Source of the DNA: an uncultured bacterium
GTDB taxonomy: Bacteria > Verrucomicrobiota > Verrucomicrobiia > Verrucomicrobiales > DEV007
DNA length: 64,000 bases
Direction of reading: 5' to 3'
Assembly: GCA_963977015.1 (NCBI GenBank)
Contig: CAXBMO010000004.1
Coordinates: 224,001-288,000 of the forward strand
Shown here: piece by piece, positions 27,935-37,669 of the stretch
How positions within the stretch are numbered: the stretch's first letter is position 1
How the letters are laid out: the number at the start of each line of letters is the position of its first letter
The notes under the pieces: model-generated
Told to the model about the DNA's origin: nothing
What the model saw: the letters and a program-made list of their open reading frames with translations, nothing else
Databases searched by the model: none
Translations under genes and position numbers: made by a program

Positions 27935-29413
27935 CTACTCCCACAAGCCGAGACGGACCAGTTGGCTAATCGTCACAACCCATTCCCGGGGATCCACCTC
28001 GCTGGGCTGCCACTTCAACTCAACGACTGCAGGAAGGTCACCTTCATGGCGGAAAAACGCGTTCTGCAATTCTTCCAGAACCGGAGAATCGACCGGGACG
28101 GCCACCATCCCGGGTGCCCCTGGAAAAAAGGGCAGGCGCGCCTCGAAGAAGAGAGCTGGTTCCTTGAAATTCGCACTGACGGCAGCAACATCCCGATCCG
28201 TCTGTCGCAGCATCACCCGAAATTGCCGGGAACTTCCGCTGTCCGGTCCGGCGAGAAACCGGTGCAAGGCGTTCTCGCGCATTTGCCGATACAGCCCAAA
28301 ATCGACCTTTGCTCCGATCCCGTCCTGATGAACAACCAATACTCGATGCGGCAGTGAAGCCGACAGAAAAACGTCAAAGAGACTGATCCATTGTCCCTTG
28401 TCGGTCTGTCGAGTTTCAACATGCTGGACCTCTGGCTCTCCGGGATGAACCAGCGCCTCCATAAAGTAGAATTCACGCAATTGCGGCTGATTCTCAGCGG
28501 GTTTCAATATCCATCGCGCCTTCGCATCGAGATTATCCGCAGCCAAAAACGCCCTTACCGTCGCTTCTCCCACCTCTTCACGGGTTGGCCCCTGTTCCGG
28601 TTCATGTTCGATGGCAGACGTGGACGTGGGAGCCAACTCGACTTCCAAAACCGGTTCTGGAATCAATTCCGAAATTTCCGGAAGTTGAACGCCTTTAATC
28701 ACCTCATCTTCCACATGGGAAGCCGATTCCATGGATTGCGGCTCGACTGACGCATTGCTGACCTTCGCCAACAATGGCTGCTCGCCCCCTTCCTCTTGTG
28801 CCGCAGCCACATTCGAAGACTCGTTCTGGTTTCCTGATTGGCTGACCAGAGCCGCGGCGATGCCGGCCAGAATCAATCCCGCCGCAATTCCCGCCACCTT
28901 GAAAATCTGTCCTCGCCCTCCTTTTTTCATGGTGACCATGGCGGGCTTCACATCACTCGGGTCCACCAGATACTCCATTCTCACGAGGTTCCGCTCCTGA
29001 GAAGCTGGAAACTTTGAGGCGGGCAACGGTTCACCTGTTGGTGAAGTGCTGGTTTTGAAACCGCTCCGAGCACTGAAATACGATGGCCATTCCAACAGCG
29101 AGGGCGGAGGACAAAATTGACCGGTCATTCGAGCCTGGACACTTCCGTCACCATCCTGATCGGCGACAATTCTCGTTCCGCAGGTCGGACAAGGCCCCTC
29201 GACGCCAAAATTGGCCCTTCCGATCGAAAGCTCCTCATGACACCCCGGACAAAGAACATAGAAAACTTCTGCCGTGCTTTCCTGCGACTTCGCCGCTGAA
29301 TTGATTACCCCCGCCTGAAATCCCAATGCCTCGAGAAACCGGGCGGTTGCTGCATCGGGCACTCGATGAGCATCCCCATCCTTGCGCGAGAAATTGTGGT
29401 CCGGAATTGACAT
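27935..29413 (-). CDS. Hypothetical protein: Zn-ribbon + TM + extracytoplasmic domain
   Basis: CPGC...CPTCG, then one TM segment (VAGIAAGLILAGIAAALV). Confidence 0.7.
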   Translation of the reverse strand: MSIPDHNFSRKDGDAHRVPDAATARFLEALGFQAGVINSAAKSQESTAEVFYVLCPGCHEELSIGRANFGVEGPCPTCGTRIVADQDGDGSVQARMTGQFCPPPSLLEWPSYFSARSGFKTSTSPTGEPLPASKFPASQERNLVRMEYLVDPSDVKPAMVTMKKGGRGQIFKVAGIAAGLILAGIAAALVSQSGNQNESSNVAAAQEEGGEQPLLAKVSNASVEPQSMESASHVEDEVIKGVQLPEISELIPEPVLEVELAPTSTSAIEHEPEQGPTREEVGEATVRAFLAADNLDAKARWILKPAENQPQLREFYFMEALVHPGEPEVQHVETRQTDKGQWISLFDVFLSASLPHRVLVVHQDGIGAKVDFGLYRQMRENALHRFLAGPDSGSSRQFRVMLRQTDRDVAAVSANFKEPALFFEARLPFFPGAPGMVAVPVDSPVLEELQNAFFRHEGDLPAVVELKWQPSEVDPREWVVTISQLVRLGLWE

Positions 29414-29650
29414 AATAACTAGAAGTTAAAGGCGGCTATCCAACCACCCTGCTTATCATTATTATAGCTGCAAGGTAAATTTTTGTAAAATTTAGTTATT
29501 CTAAATCTTTAAGTTTGGCTTACTAAATCAAAAATAAACGGCAAATCGCCCTGACTTTGCCCGGTCGGCAAGCTCTCAAAAGGGTTGATTTGCTAGTGAG
29601 GCAATCCAACTTTCCCCGAGACAACCCTCCAAAACTCCGTCCAATTCATC

Positions 29651-30487
29651 ATGCAATATCCCCGACTCCTTGCCCTCCTCGCATCAAGCCTACTTCTTTC
29701 AAGCTGCGTTGGCGAAGAGGAACCGGGTTCCAGCAGCGGGGTAGCAACCGGCCGGCAAATTACCCTCAGCCAGGATGCGAAACAGAAGATCGGACGCAAA
29801 ATCTGGGTCAACGAGTGTAGCGGAACCGTCGAAGGCTTAACCAGTTGGAACAAGAACGAATATTTCGCGAGCTTGGGAATTGGGCACTTCATCTGGTACA
29901 CCGCCGAGAGACCCGGGCCTTTTGATGAGAGCTGGCCAAAACTGGTGGCCTTCATGAAACAGAAGAACGTCGCGATGCCAACGTGGATCGCGACCACCAA
30001 GGATTGTCCCTGGAACAGCTACGATGAATTTCATGCCGCCAAAAACAGCGCTCAAATGAATGAGCTCCGGGGATTTCTCAAACAGACGATCGACGTTCAA
30101 ACCGACTTCATCGTCCATCGCCTTCAAAGCGCCTTGCCAAAAATGAAGGCCCACGCCGCGACGACTCCGGCCGAACGGGCGAAATTGGAACACAATTTCT
30201 ATGCGGTAGCCAGCAGTCCCCAGGGTGTTTATGCGTTGATCGACTACGTGAACTTCAAGGGAGAAGGCATTAAGAAGGAGGAACGTTACAAGGGACAAGG
30301 TTGGGGCCTCGCTCAGGTTTTGCTGGAAATGGAGGGGGAGCCGACAGGAGTGGCAGCTTCGGTTGAATTTGGAAATTCCGCGAAACGGGTTCTCACGCGC
30401 CGCGTTGCAAACGCCAAGCCGAAGGATGAATCCATGTGGCTGCGGGGTTGGTCGAATCGGGCCGAGACCTACAAGCGCCCACTCTAA
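29651..30487 (+). CDS. Lipoprotein with possible lysozyme-like fold
   Basis: Lipobox LSSC; IWVNEC...ASLGIGHFIW; ALIDYVNFKG; GWSNR. Confidence 0.75.
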   Translation: MQYPRLLALLASSLLLSSCVGEEEPGSSSGVATGRQITLSQDAKQKIGRKIWVNECSGTVEGLTSWNKNEYFASLGIGHFIWYTAERPGPFDESWPKLVAFMKQKNVAMPTWIATTKDCPWNSYDEFHAAKNSAQMNELRGFLKQTIDVQTDFIVHRLQSALPKMKAHAATTPAERAKLEHNFYAVASSPQGVYALIDYVNFKGEGIKKEERYKGQGWGLAQVLLEMEGEPTGVAASVEFGNSAKRVLTRRVANAKPKDESMWLRGWSNRAETYKRPL

Positions 30488-30529
30488 AAGAGACCGGGAA
30501 GTGACGACTCCGTGATCGAATGCTAGTCC

Positions 30530-31129
30530 TTGGGCGTGTCCGTCACTCCAACCATCCATCAAAGCGCCTCTGAACTTCGCGAAGAGCAGCTCCTCAAGCT
30601 CCCTCGCCAACGGTTCGAGAGCGATTGGTTTGGCAAGCCGCTCGATTTCGTGGCGGAATTCTGTCTCGCCGTGAGTCCTCGCGGACTTTTCTTTCTGATT
30701 TCCGCTAACAATTCTCCAAAATTTTCCAACCACCCACTTGGCCAGTTCACCAAAGGCCTTTGGGAAGAAGATGTGGGAGAATTGTTCATAAGCCACAGCG
30801 AATCCTCCGTTTACCAGGAATGGAACCTCAGTCCGTCAGGGGCGTGGTGGAGCCAGCGCTTCACGGAGGCCCGCAAACCTGATTCCCAATTTGCCCCTGA
30901 CTCTGCCCCCTCCATCAAGAATCACGTTCACGATGATGGTTGGTGGTCTTGGATTGAACTCCCCTACAATGCGAGACTTCTGGAAGCATCCAGGGTCGAT
31001 ATCACCATGATTTTGACGGATCCGCGAGGCGATCGCCGTTTTCTGAGCTGCTGCCCGGAACCTGGCATTGCTCCCAATTTTCATCGGCCGGAATCCTACC
31101 AAACCCCAAAGGTCATCAGTTTTTCCTGA
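30530..31129 (+). CDS. DOMON/CBM9-like domain protein
   Basis: GLWEEDVGELFI..YQEWNLSPSGAW and C-terminal PNFH. Start uncertain. Confidence 0.6.
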   Translation: MGVSVTPTIHQSASELREEQLLKLPRQRFESDWFGKPLDFVAEFCLAVSPRGLFFLISANNSPKFSNHPLGQFTKGLWEEDVGELFISHSESSVYQEWNLSPSGAWWSQRFTEARKPDSQFAPDSAPSIKNHVHDDGWWSWIELPYNARLLEASRVDITMILTDPRGDRRFLSCCPEPGIAPNFHRPESYQTPKVISFS

Positions 31130-31253
31130 TTTTTTTGAAAATGAGATTGCACTCATTCCTGAGACCCGTATCATACGCGACAACCAAATTTGCAAAAACC
31201 TCGCCTCCAGACTTGCCACAGTCCGGTAATTTTTTGAATCCTGCTTTTAATTT

Positions 31254-31384
31254 GGCGTCGCGTTGGCGCGCGATGCCTGTCTGTGGTGTAACTGGGTTAA
31301 CTAGCGCCGCTGCACGGGCGAGTGGTTGTGCAGCGGAGCACGCTCGCAGTCTCGCCATCGGAAACGGTGGCGAGGCTCTTTTTT
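31254..31384 (+). ncRNA. Candidate structured RNA or attenuator leader ending in an intrinsic terminator
   Basis: Three hairpins: 31254-31277, 31307-31336 and 31348-31377 (GAAA loop, followed by a T-run). Confidence 0.5.
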
Positions 31385-31430
31385 GCCTTCGTCTCAGCTC
31401 GAACGCCGAATTTCAAGCCATGCCAGCCCG

Positions 31431-31904
31431 ATGAAGAAGGTCACGGTATATACGGACGGCTCAGCGTTGGGTAATCCTGGTCCCGGTGGCTACGGTGCGG
31501 TTCTCATCTACGGGAAACATCGCAAAGAGCTGAGTTCCGGCTTCCAGCATACGACCAACAATCGCATGGAAATCATGGCCGCGATTGCCGCGCTGCGGGC
31601 CATGAATGAACCGTGCGCCCCCACCATCCATTCCGACTCACAATATGTCGTGAACGCGATGAGCAAGGGCTGGGTCGAAGGCTGGAAGAAACGGGGCTGG
31701 AAACGAAAGGACGGTCCCTTGAAGAATGCCGATTTGTGGCAGGAACTCCATGATCTGGCCAAAGTCCACGAAGTCACTTGGCAATGGGTCAAGGGACACG
31801 CCGGCAATCCCCTCAATGAGCGGTGCGATCAACTGGCTGTGGGAGCCGCCAAGTCGAAAAACCTGGCCGAAGACGTCGGCTTTTCGGCTTCAGGCGAAGC
31901 GTAG
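31431..31904 (+). CDS. rnhA: Ribonuclease HI
   Basis: YTDGSALGNPGPGG, TTNNRME, SDSQY, KNADLW, WVKGHAG..NERCD. Confidence 0.97.
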   Translation: MKKVTVYTDGSALGNPGPGGYGAVLIYGKHRKELSSGFQHTTNNRMEIMAAIAALRAMNEPCAPTIHSDSQYVVNAMSKGWVEGWKKRGWKRKDGPLKNADLWQELHDLAKVHEVTWQWVKGHAGNPLNERCDQLAVGAAKSKNLAEDVGFSASGEA

Positions 31905-31947
31905 TTTTTGGCTGTTAACCGCAGCTCATTCCGGCCTTCGGCCAGGT

Positions 31948-33171
31948 CTAGTCCAACGTATGGACAAACAATCCTGATCGAAGCTTGGGCTCAAACCAAG
32001 TGCTCTTGGGCGGCATGATTTGTCCGGCATCGGCGATGGCCATGAGCTGATCGCACGTCGTTGGATACATCGAAAACGCGACGGCGGCTTCACCGGAAGC
32101 CACTTTGGCCTCCAACTCTCCCGTTCCACGGATTCCCCCGATGAAGGCGATTCCTTTTGCCGTCCGTGGATCTTCGATTCCGAGAACCGGAGCCAGCAGA
32201 CGTTCCTGAAGAACGCTAACGTCCAGGCTACTAACAGGATCTGCATTGGGATCCGGATCCCAACTCAGGGTGAACCATTTTCCTCCCAAATGCATGCATA
32301 CCTGGCCGGAACCTGCGGGTTCTTTCTCGCCGGATTCCGTTACCTGGAATGTTTCACGAACTTTCGCCAAAAACGCGTCCTCACTCAGCCCATTCAAGCT
32401 GGCTACCGCGCGGTTGTAGGCCAGAATCTTGAGCTGATCGGCGGGGAAGAGAACCGTCAAAAACCAGTTGTAGTTTTCGGTGCCATCATGGTTCGGGTTT
32501 GCGGCCCGGCGCTCGGCTCCAACGCGATATGCGCTCGCACTACGGTGATGACCGTCCGCGACGTATCCCAGTTCCACCTCTCCGAACAAGCGCACAAATT
32601 CCTCGTGGTTTCCGACCCTCCAGACGGTGTGCCCCACCCCGTCGGGAGCCACAAAATCGAAAGTGGGCTCTTCGGTTTCAACAACGTGATTCACCAAGGC
32701 GTCAATCTCGACATTCTCGCGATAGGTCAGAAAGACAGGGCCCGGATTCGCATTCAGTTCACTGACGACTCTGGTACGATCATCTTCTTTGTCGGGACGG
32801 GTCTTCTCGTGCTTTCGAATGATGTCACGCTCGTATTCTTCAATGTGACAGGTGAGGGCAATGCCAATTTGTGAGTGATCGCCCATCGTTTGGCGATACA
32901 CGTAAACGCAGGGTGCCGATTCCCGAATCAGGACTCCATTGTCCTGAAGCTTTTTGAAATTCTCGACCGCTTTGGCGTAAACTTCGTCGCTGTAGATGTC
33001 AGTTCCCTGGGGAAGATCAATCTCAGGCCGAATGACGTGGAGAAAACTGTCAGGGTTACCCTCGGCAAGCTTCGCAGCTTCCTCGGTGTTGACGACGTCA
33101 TAGGGAACAGAAGCTACTTTGGCAACTTTGTCAGGATGGGGAACCAGCCCCTGGAAGGCACGAACTCGCAT
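31948..33171 (-). CDS. DUF1015 family protein
   Basis: PYDV, HEKTRPDKEDDR, YVADGHHRSA, IMPPKSTWFEPKLRSGL. Confidence 0.92.
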   Translation of the reverse strand: MRVRAFQGLVPHPDKVAKVASVPYDVVNTEEAAKLAEGNPDSFLHVIRPEIDLPQGTDIYSDEVYAKAVENFKKLQDNGVLIRESAPCVYVYRQTMGDHSQIGIALTCHIEEYERDIIRKHEKTRPDKEDDRTRVVSELNANPGPVFLTYRENVEIDALVNHVVETEEPTFDFVAPDGVGHTVWRVGNHEEFVRLFGEVELGYVADGHHRSASAYRVGAERRAANPNHDGTENYNWFLTVLFPADQLKILAYNRAVASLNGLSEDAFLAKVRETFQVTESGEKEPAGSGQVCMHLGGKWFTLSWDPDPNADPVSSLDVSVLQERLLAPVLGIEDPRTAKGIAFIGGIRGTGELEAKVASGEAAVAFSMYPTTCDQLMAIADAGQIMPPKSTWFEPKLRSGLFVHTLD

Positions 33172-33287
33172 GGCTGGGACTCATAGAGTGCAGATGCGAA
33201 TTGGCCAGCAAAATTCTTGTCATGCAATTCCATTTGAATGGCTCGCCGCAAGATGCCGATCCCCAACAGGCGGTTGGGAAGCCCAAA

Positions 33288-33617
33288 CTACGATGTCTCA
33301 GAAGTAACAGGGCTGCTGGCAACGATCCGCCAATTCTGCCACTTTTCGCGCACGAGCTTGGAAGAAGAAGCCGTCCATTGCTGAAGCGTAGAAAGTCCCA
33401 CCAAACTGCCGCGAAGCAGCAATCTGCCCAATTTAGGCGCCCAATTTTCGATGACGGGGAGGTTCACAAGCAGCCAGACGGCCGCGACGGGAACAGAGAT
33501 AACGAGATTCCAGCCCTGCAAGGTACAATAGACCAAGGGTAAGAGAATTCCGTAAACGACGGCGAAGGAGAGTTGAATCCATGGAAGCTTTTCTTCCACT
33601 TTCTTTGGAGTGCGCAT
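33288..33617 (-). CDS. Small hypothetical membrane protein
   Basis: Two hydrophobic segments. ATG 33617 lies just downstream of a sigma54 motif. Confidence 0.55.
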   Translation of the reverse strand: MRTPKKVEEKLPWIQLSFAVVYGILLPLVYCTLQGWNLVISVPVAAVWLLVNLPVIENWAPKLGRLLLRGSLVGLSTLQQWTASSSKLVREKWQNWRIVASSPVTSETS

Positions 33618-33644
33618 GGTTGTGTTTCGAGGTGCGCTCAGATC

Positions 33645-33660
33645 AGCAGATGGCGTGCCA
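33645..33660 (-). promoter_or_regulatory. Sigma54 (-24/-12) promoter
   Basis: The minus strand reads TGGCACGCCATCTGCT, one mismatch from TGGCACG-N4-TTGCW. Confidence 0.7.
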
Positions 33661-33954
33661 CCTAGCAAGAAACAACTTTGCCCCTCGCTTTTTTTTCTGA
33701 AAAGTTCTCCTGACATCCTTCTTTTCTGAATTTACTTAGGAATTCTAAAATGTCAAACAATCTGGCATTATTATCACAAAATGGAGCTTTCTTTCAAATC
33801 GAAGCTCCCATGCTTGATTCAATCCTGGCGGGCACCAATCCTCGCCAACGGATGAAAACAGGGCTCTCACCCTCCATCTACTTGATTGAGTGTGGGATCT
33901 TGATTCCCTGCCGTTTTGAACAAGGTTAGGGTTTTCGACCGTCTACCTAACACG

Positions 33955-35649
33955 ATGTTAAAACACAAATGGGCTGTGCGAGCCAGACCAGATCAGGAGC
34001 GCGTTCGCCAACTAGCCGAAGACTTTGGTCTACGTCCGCTCGTTGTTGAGCTTTTGGTGCAACGCGGGCTTGATGATCCAACTGAGATCAAAAAGTTTCT
34101 CCATCCTCAGCTCAAGGACTTGAGCGATCCGTTCTTGATGCCACAAATGCGAGAGGCGATCGACCGCATTTTTCGGGCGATCGATGACGACGAAACGGTC
34201 GTGATCTATGGGGACTACGACGTGGATGGAGTAACTTCCGTAACCTTGCTTCACGGTTTCCTGAAGGCTTACGGGCTGGAGGCGAAGACCTTTCTTCCGC
34301 ATCGGATGGATGAAGGCTATGGCTTAAACGATCATGGCGTCGAACGGTGTTTGAAGGAATTCTCTCCGGATCTGATTATCGCTGTGGATTGTGGAACTTC
34401 CTCGGTTGAACAGGTGAAGTTTCTCAAAGAACAGGGCATCGACGTCATCATCTGCGATCACCACGAATGCAATACGCCGGAAAATCTTCCACCCGCCGTC
34501 GCCCTGGTAAACGCCAAGTTAGGGGAAGACTATCACTATCTCTGCACCGCTGGCGTGATGTTCAAAGTCGGTCACGCGATGCTGAAAACCCGCAAGACCG
34601 CCAATCTCAATCTTCGTGACTGGCTCGATATCGTCGCATTGGGCACGGTTGCGGATTTGGTGCCGCTCGTCGATGAAAACCGCACCTTGGTTCGCAAAGG
34701 TCTTCAACAAATGGAGCGCACCATTCATCCGGGACTGAACGCGCTCAAGCACGTCGCAGCCGTTGCCGGCAAACCGGTCGCCTACGACATCGGCTTCAAG
34801 CTCGGGCCGCGGTTGAACGCAGCCGGCCGCTTGGATACCGCACAGGCTTCGCTGGAACTGCTCATGAACTCTGACCACGAAAAATCCCGCGAGTTGGCGA
34901 TGTTCCTCGATGGTCAAAACCGTGAGCGCCAGGATCTCGAAGCGAGAATTCGAGAAGAAGCTCTCGGAATGCTGAGCAACTTTGATGAATCCAGCGATTT
35001 TGGAATCGCACTTGGTCACGACACCTGGCATCCGGGAGTGGTTGGGATCGTCGCCTCCCGGATTACGAAACAATTTCACCGGCCCAGTTTCATCATTGCC
35101 TTCGACGAAGATGGCGTTGGGAAAGGAAGCGGCAGAAGTATTGAAGGCGTCTCCTTGGTCGCCGCCCTGAACTCCTGTCGCGATTTGCTGCTGGCGGGAG
35201 GTGGTCACGAGATGGCTGCCGGTGTCTCCCTGGAGCGCAAGAATTTCGAGGCGTTTCGACAACGCTTCAGCGATTACATTCGCGATCATGCCACCAAAGA
35301 GACCCTGCGTCCCCGGCTCGACATCGATTTGGTCGCGACTTTTGATCAACTCGACCTGCAATTGCTCGACAGCTACGAACTGGTTCACCCGATGGGGATG
35401 GGGAATCCGGCTCCCCTGATGATGAGCAAATCGATCAAAATGGCCGATGAACCCCGGGTGCTGAAGGAAAAGCACCTGAAACTCCCGTTGATCCAGAACG
35501 ATTGCCGCATCGATGCGATGATGTTCAACGGCGCCGTAGAAGAACTTCCCAAACTTCCCTGGGATATCGCCTACCGGATCAGCCGAAATATCTACAAGGG
35601 CCGCTCCAGTTTAAGCGTGGTAATCGAAGCGATCAGGACCTCGGAATGA
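33955..35649 (+). CDS. recJ: Single-stranded DNA exonuclease RecJ
   Basis: YGDYDVDG, EGYG, VDCG, ICDHH, GTVAD, GPRLNAAGR, KGSGRS, GGHEMAAG. Confidence 0.97.
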   Translation: MLKHKWAVRARPDQERVRQLAEDFGLRPLVVELLVQRGLDDPTEIKKFLHPQLKDLSDPFLMPQMREAIDRIFRAIDDDETVVIYGDYDVDGVTSVTLLHGFLKAYGLEAKTFLPHRMDEGYGLNDHGVERCLKEFSPDLIIAVDCGTSSVEQVKFLKEQGIDVIICDHHECNTPENLPPAVALVNAKLGEDYHYLCTAGVMFKVGHAMLKTRKTANLNLRDWLDIVALGTVADLVPLVDENRTLVRKGLQQMERTIHPGLNALKHVAAVAGKPVAYDIGFKLGPRLNAAGRLDTAQASLELLMNSDHEKSRELAMFLDGQNRERQDLEARIREEALGMLSNFDESSDFGIALGHDTWHPGVVGIVASRITKQFHRPSFIIAFDEDGVGKGSGRSIEGVSLVAALNSCRDLLLAGGGHEMAAGVSLERKNFEAFRQRFSDYIRDHATKETLRPRLDIDLVATFDQLDLQLLDSYELVHPMGMGNPAPLMMSKSIKMADEPRVLKEKHLKLPLIQNDCRIDAMMFNGAVEELPKLPWDIAYRISRNIYKGRSSLSVVIEAIRTSE

Positions 35650-35773
35650 CCCAATCCAGCAATATTCTGGAAAAGAAGTGTACAACTTTACAGTACCTTG
35701 CTAAAAAATCATACATTTTGCTCATTTAGCATTCTTTTTTCCTTGCGCCACCGCTGCTCTTACAACATGACTT

Positions 35774-35854
35774 AGGCCTCCCAAATCTTTGGGGGGGGAA
35801 TATAGCAGCCTTGCTGGACTTCGGTCCGGCGAGGCTGTTTTCGTAGGGAGGCCT
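35774..35854 (+). terminator. Terminator-like UUCG hairpin nested in a larger inverted repeat
   Basis: AGCAGCCTTGCTGGAC-TTCG-GTCCGGCGAGGCTGTT followed by T residues, enclosed by AGGCCTCCC / GGGAGGCCT. Confidence 0.6.
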
Positions 35855-35885
35855 GGAACTACCTCTTCGCCACAATCCCCTCCGC

Positions 35886-36455
35886 CTAAGCGGATAACGC
35901 AGCTTCCGCATCTGCTTTGTGCCAATCCACCTCCACCTTCTGAATCCTGTCGAACCGATCCTTGTATTTCACGTAGCCATGCTCAGCGCCGAATTCGTGA
36001 ACCATCTTGGTGACCTTGACATCGAAACAACAGTATTCCGCGATTTCCATGATCTTGCCTTCCCGCCACCAACGAATCGCTTGAATCCCTTCGGCCGTTT
36101 TCCCCGTGCCGAGTGACGCGGCGGCCACGGCTTCCAGTTTGGGACGGTGTTCCAGCTTTTTTTCGAGATCGACCATCAAATCGAGACTGCGAATCTGGCT
36201 TTTGAGATCAAGAATCGTGTAACCCTGCAAAACTTCGTAATCGAAGCTGATGTGGTTAAAGCCAATCACCAAATCCGCCTTCAAGAGCTCATCAACCAGT
36301 TCGTTGGCTCCATTTTCCCCATAGATCCGGTATTGTCCGGAAGCCGAACTGTAGGTTACGCCAATGGACATGCCCATACGGTCTTTGTAGCTCCACCCTC
36401 CCACATCATTTGCCGAACGCTGCGTTTCGAGGTCAAAATAGACAAAATTGGCCAT
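35886..36455 (-). CDS. RNase H-like (RNase_H_2 / YprB-like) DEDD exonuclease domain protein
   Basis: YFDLET, IGFN..FD, SLDL, EYC..DV. Confidence 0.85.
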   Translation of the reverse strand: MANFVYFDLETQRSANDVGGWSYKDRMGMSIGVTYSSASGQYRIYGENGANELVDELLKADLVIGFNHISFDYEVLQGYTILDLKSQIRSLDLMVDLEKKLEHRPKLEAVAAASLGTGKTAEGIQAIRWWREGKIMEIAEYCCFDVKVTKMVHEFGAEHGYVKYKDRFDRIQKVEVDWHKADAEAALSA

Positions 36456-36645
36456 GCCCGATGAGGCTACTCACGTTGGAGGTGCAATCCAGCTATTTTT
36501 ATGGCTTCGTCAGGGCTCCATCTGATCGTAAATCGGCAAATTCGCGGACGGAATTACGCAATTCGCACCAGCTTTTCGTCGTCCAGATACGCGAAAGATT
36601 GCGTCTTGTGACAATTCCGGTAGAATTCTGACACCCCTACCTGCT

Positions 36646-37665
36646 GTGACTTCCCCCATCTTTGACTCCAGTTTGCCTCAAAACTTTTCGCGGAGAGAGT
36701 TTGCCCGCTATTCGCTGGCGTCGGCCGGGTTGGCTGCGGCAGGCCCCGTCCTGGGTGAAACGGAACGAGGCGTCTGGAAAATCGTGACTCATCAACGCCG
36801 GGAATACGTCACGGCTGAAAGTGTTCAGGCATTTTACCGGTTTGAGCGATTTTTCCGCGATGACAAGGACCTCATCTATCGGAGCCCGAACACGATCATG
36901 AAATGGCAGGTGGGAAGCACCGTCATTTTCATCAACAACATCAAGTTCAGCCTCAGCTATCCGGTCATTGAAGAGAACCGGAAGGTTATCATATCACGGG
37001 TCGATTTGCAAAAGCTGCTCGATCCTGTTTTGCGCCCCTGGTACATCAAATCGACCGAACCCTTTCACACCGTAACGATCGATGCCGGGCACGGTGGCCA
37101 CGACCCAGGTGCTCGAAGCTCCCACGGATCCGAAAAGGAGTTTGCGCTGGATATGGCGCGCCGATTGCGGGATGAGGTGAAGAAGCTGGGCTTGGCAGTG
37201 CACATGACTCGCGATACCGATCTGTTTTTGAGTCTTCCGGAGCGAGTCCGAATCGCCAACAAGATCGACAAATCGATTTTCGTCAGCGTTCACTTCAATT
37301 CCGGAACCAACGCAAATGCCTCTGGAATCGAAACTTACGCCCTGGCCCCGCAAGGAACGAGTTCCACCAACGATGGCTCCGTTTCCGCCTCAAAATACTC
37401 TGGAAATCAATCCGACGCCCAGAATATCGCGTTGGCGACAGCGGTTCACGCCATGGTCATGACGAAGATCGAAGCGGTGGATCGCGGGATCAAACGGGCC
37501 CGCTACAATGTGCTTCGCGGGATCAACCGCCCAGCCATTCTCTTTGAGGGAGGATTCCTGACCAACTCGAAGGAATCGAGACTCGTCGCCACCGCATCCT
37601 ACCGCAATCAACTCGCTGCTGCTGTCGCAGGCGGAATCCAGAATTTCCGCAAGGCAATTGGCTGA
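36646..37665 (+). CDS. N-acetylmuramoyl-L-alanine amidase (Amidase_3), Tat-exported
   Basis: SRREF twin-arginine motif; IDAGHGG, EK, FVSVHFN, ILFEGGF. Confidence 0.92.
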   Translation: MTSPIFDSSLPQNFSRREFARYSLASAGLAAAGPVLGETERGVWKIVTHQRREYVTAESVQAFYRFERFFRDDKDLIYRSPNTIMKWQVGSTVIFINNIKFSLSYPVIEENRKVIISRVDLQKLLDPVLRPWYIKSTEPFHTVTIDAGHGGHDPGARSSHGSEKEFALDMARRLRDEVKKLGLAVHMTRDTDLFLSLPERVRIANKIDKSIFVSVHFNSGTNANASGIETYALAPQGTSSTNDGSVSASKYSGNQSDAQNIALATAVHAMVMTKIEAVDRGIKRARYNVLRGINRPAILFEGGFLTNSKESRLVATASYRNQLAAAVAGGIQNFRKAIG

Positions 37666-37669
37666 GAAC

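Noticed and set aside
29414-29650. AT-rich gap as a replication origin
   Set aside because: No clustered TTATCCACA DnaA boxes. A divergent promoter region explains it.
31277-31350. Possible tRNA gene
   Set aside because: A D-arm-like stretch and tRNA-like length are present, but there is no TTCRA T-loop, the acceptor stem is poor and the anticodon loop is irregular. Kept only as part of the structured RNA finding.
31431-36455. rnhA, recJ and an RNase H-like gene as a retron or defence module
   Set aside because: There is no reverse transcriptase or effector. The genes are housekeeping types on mixed strands, separated by unrelated genes.
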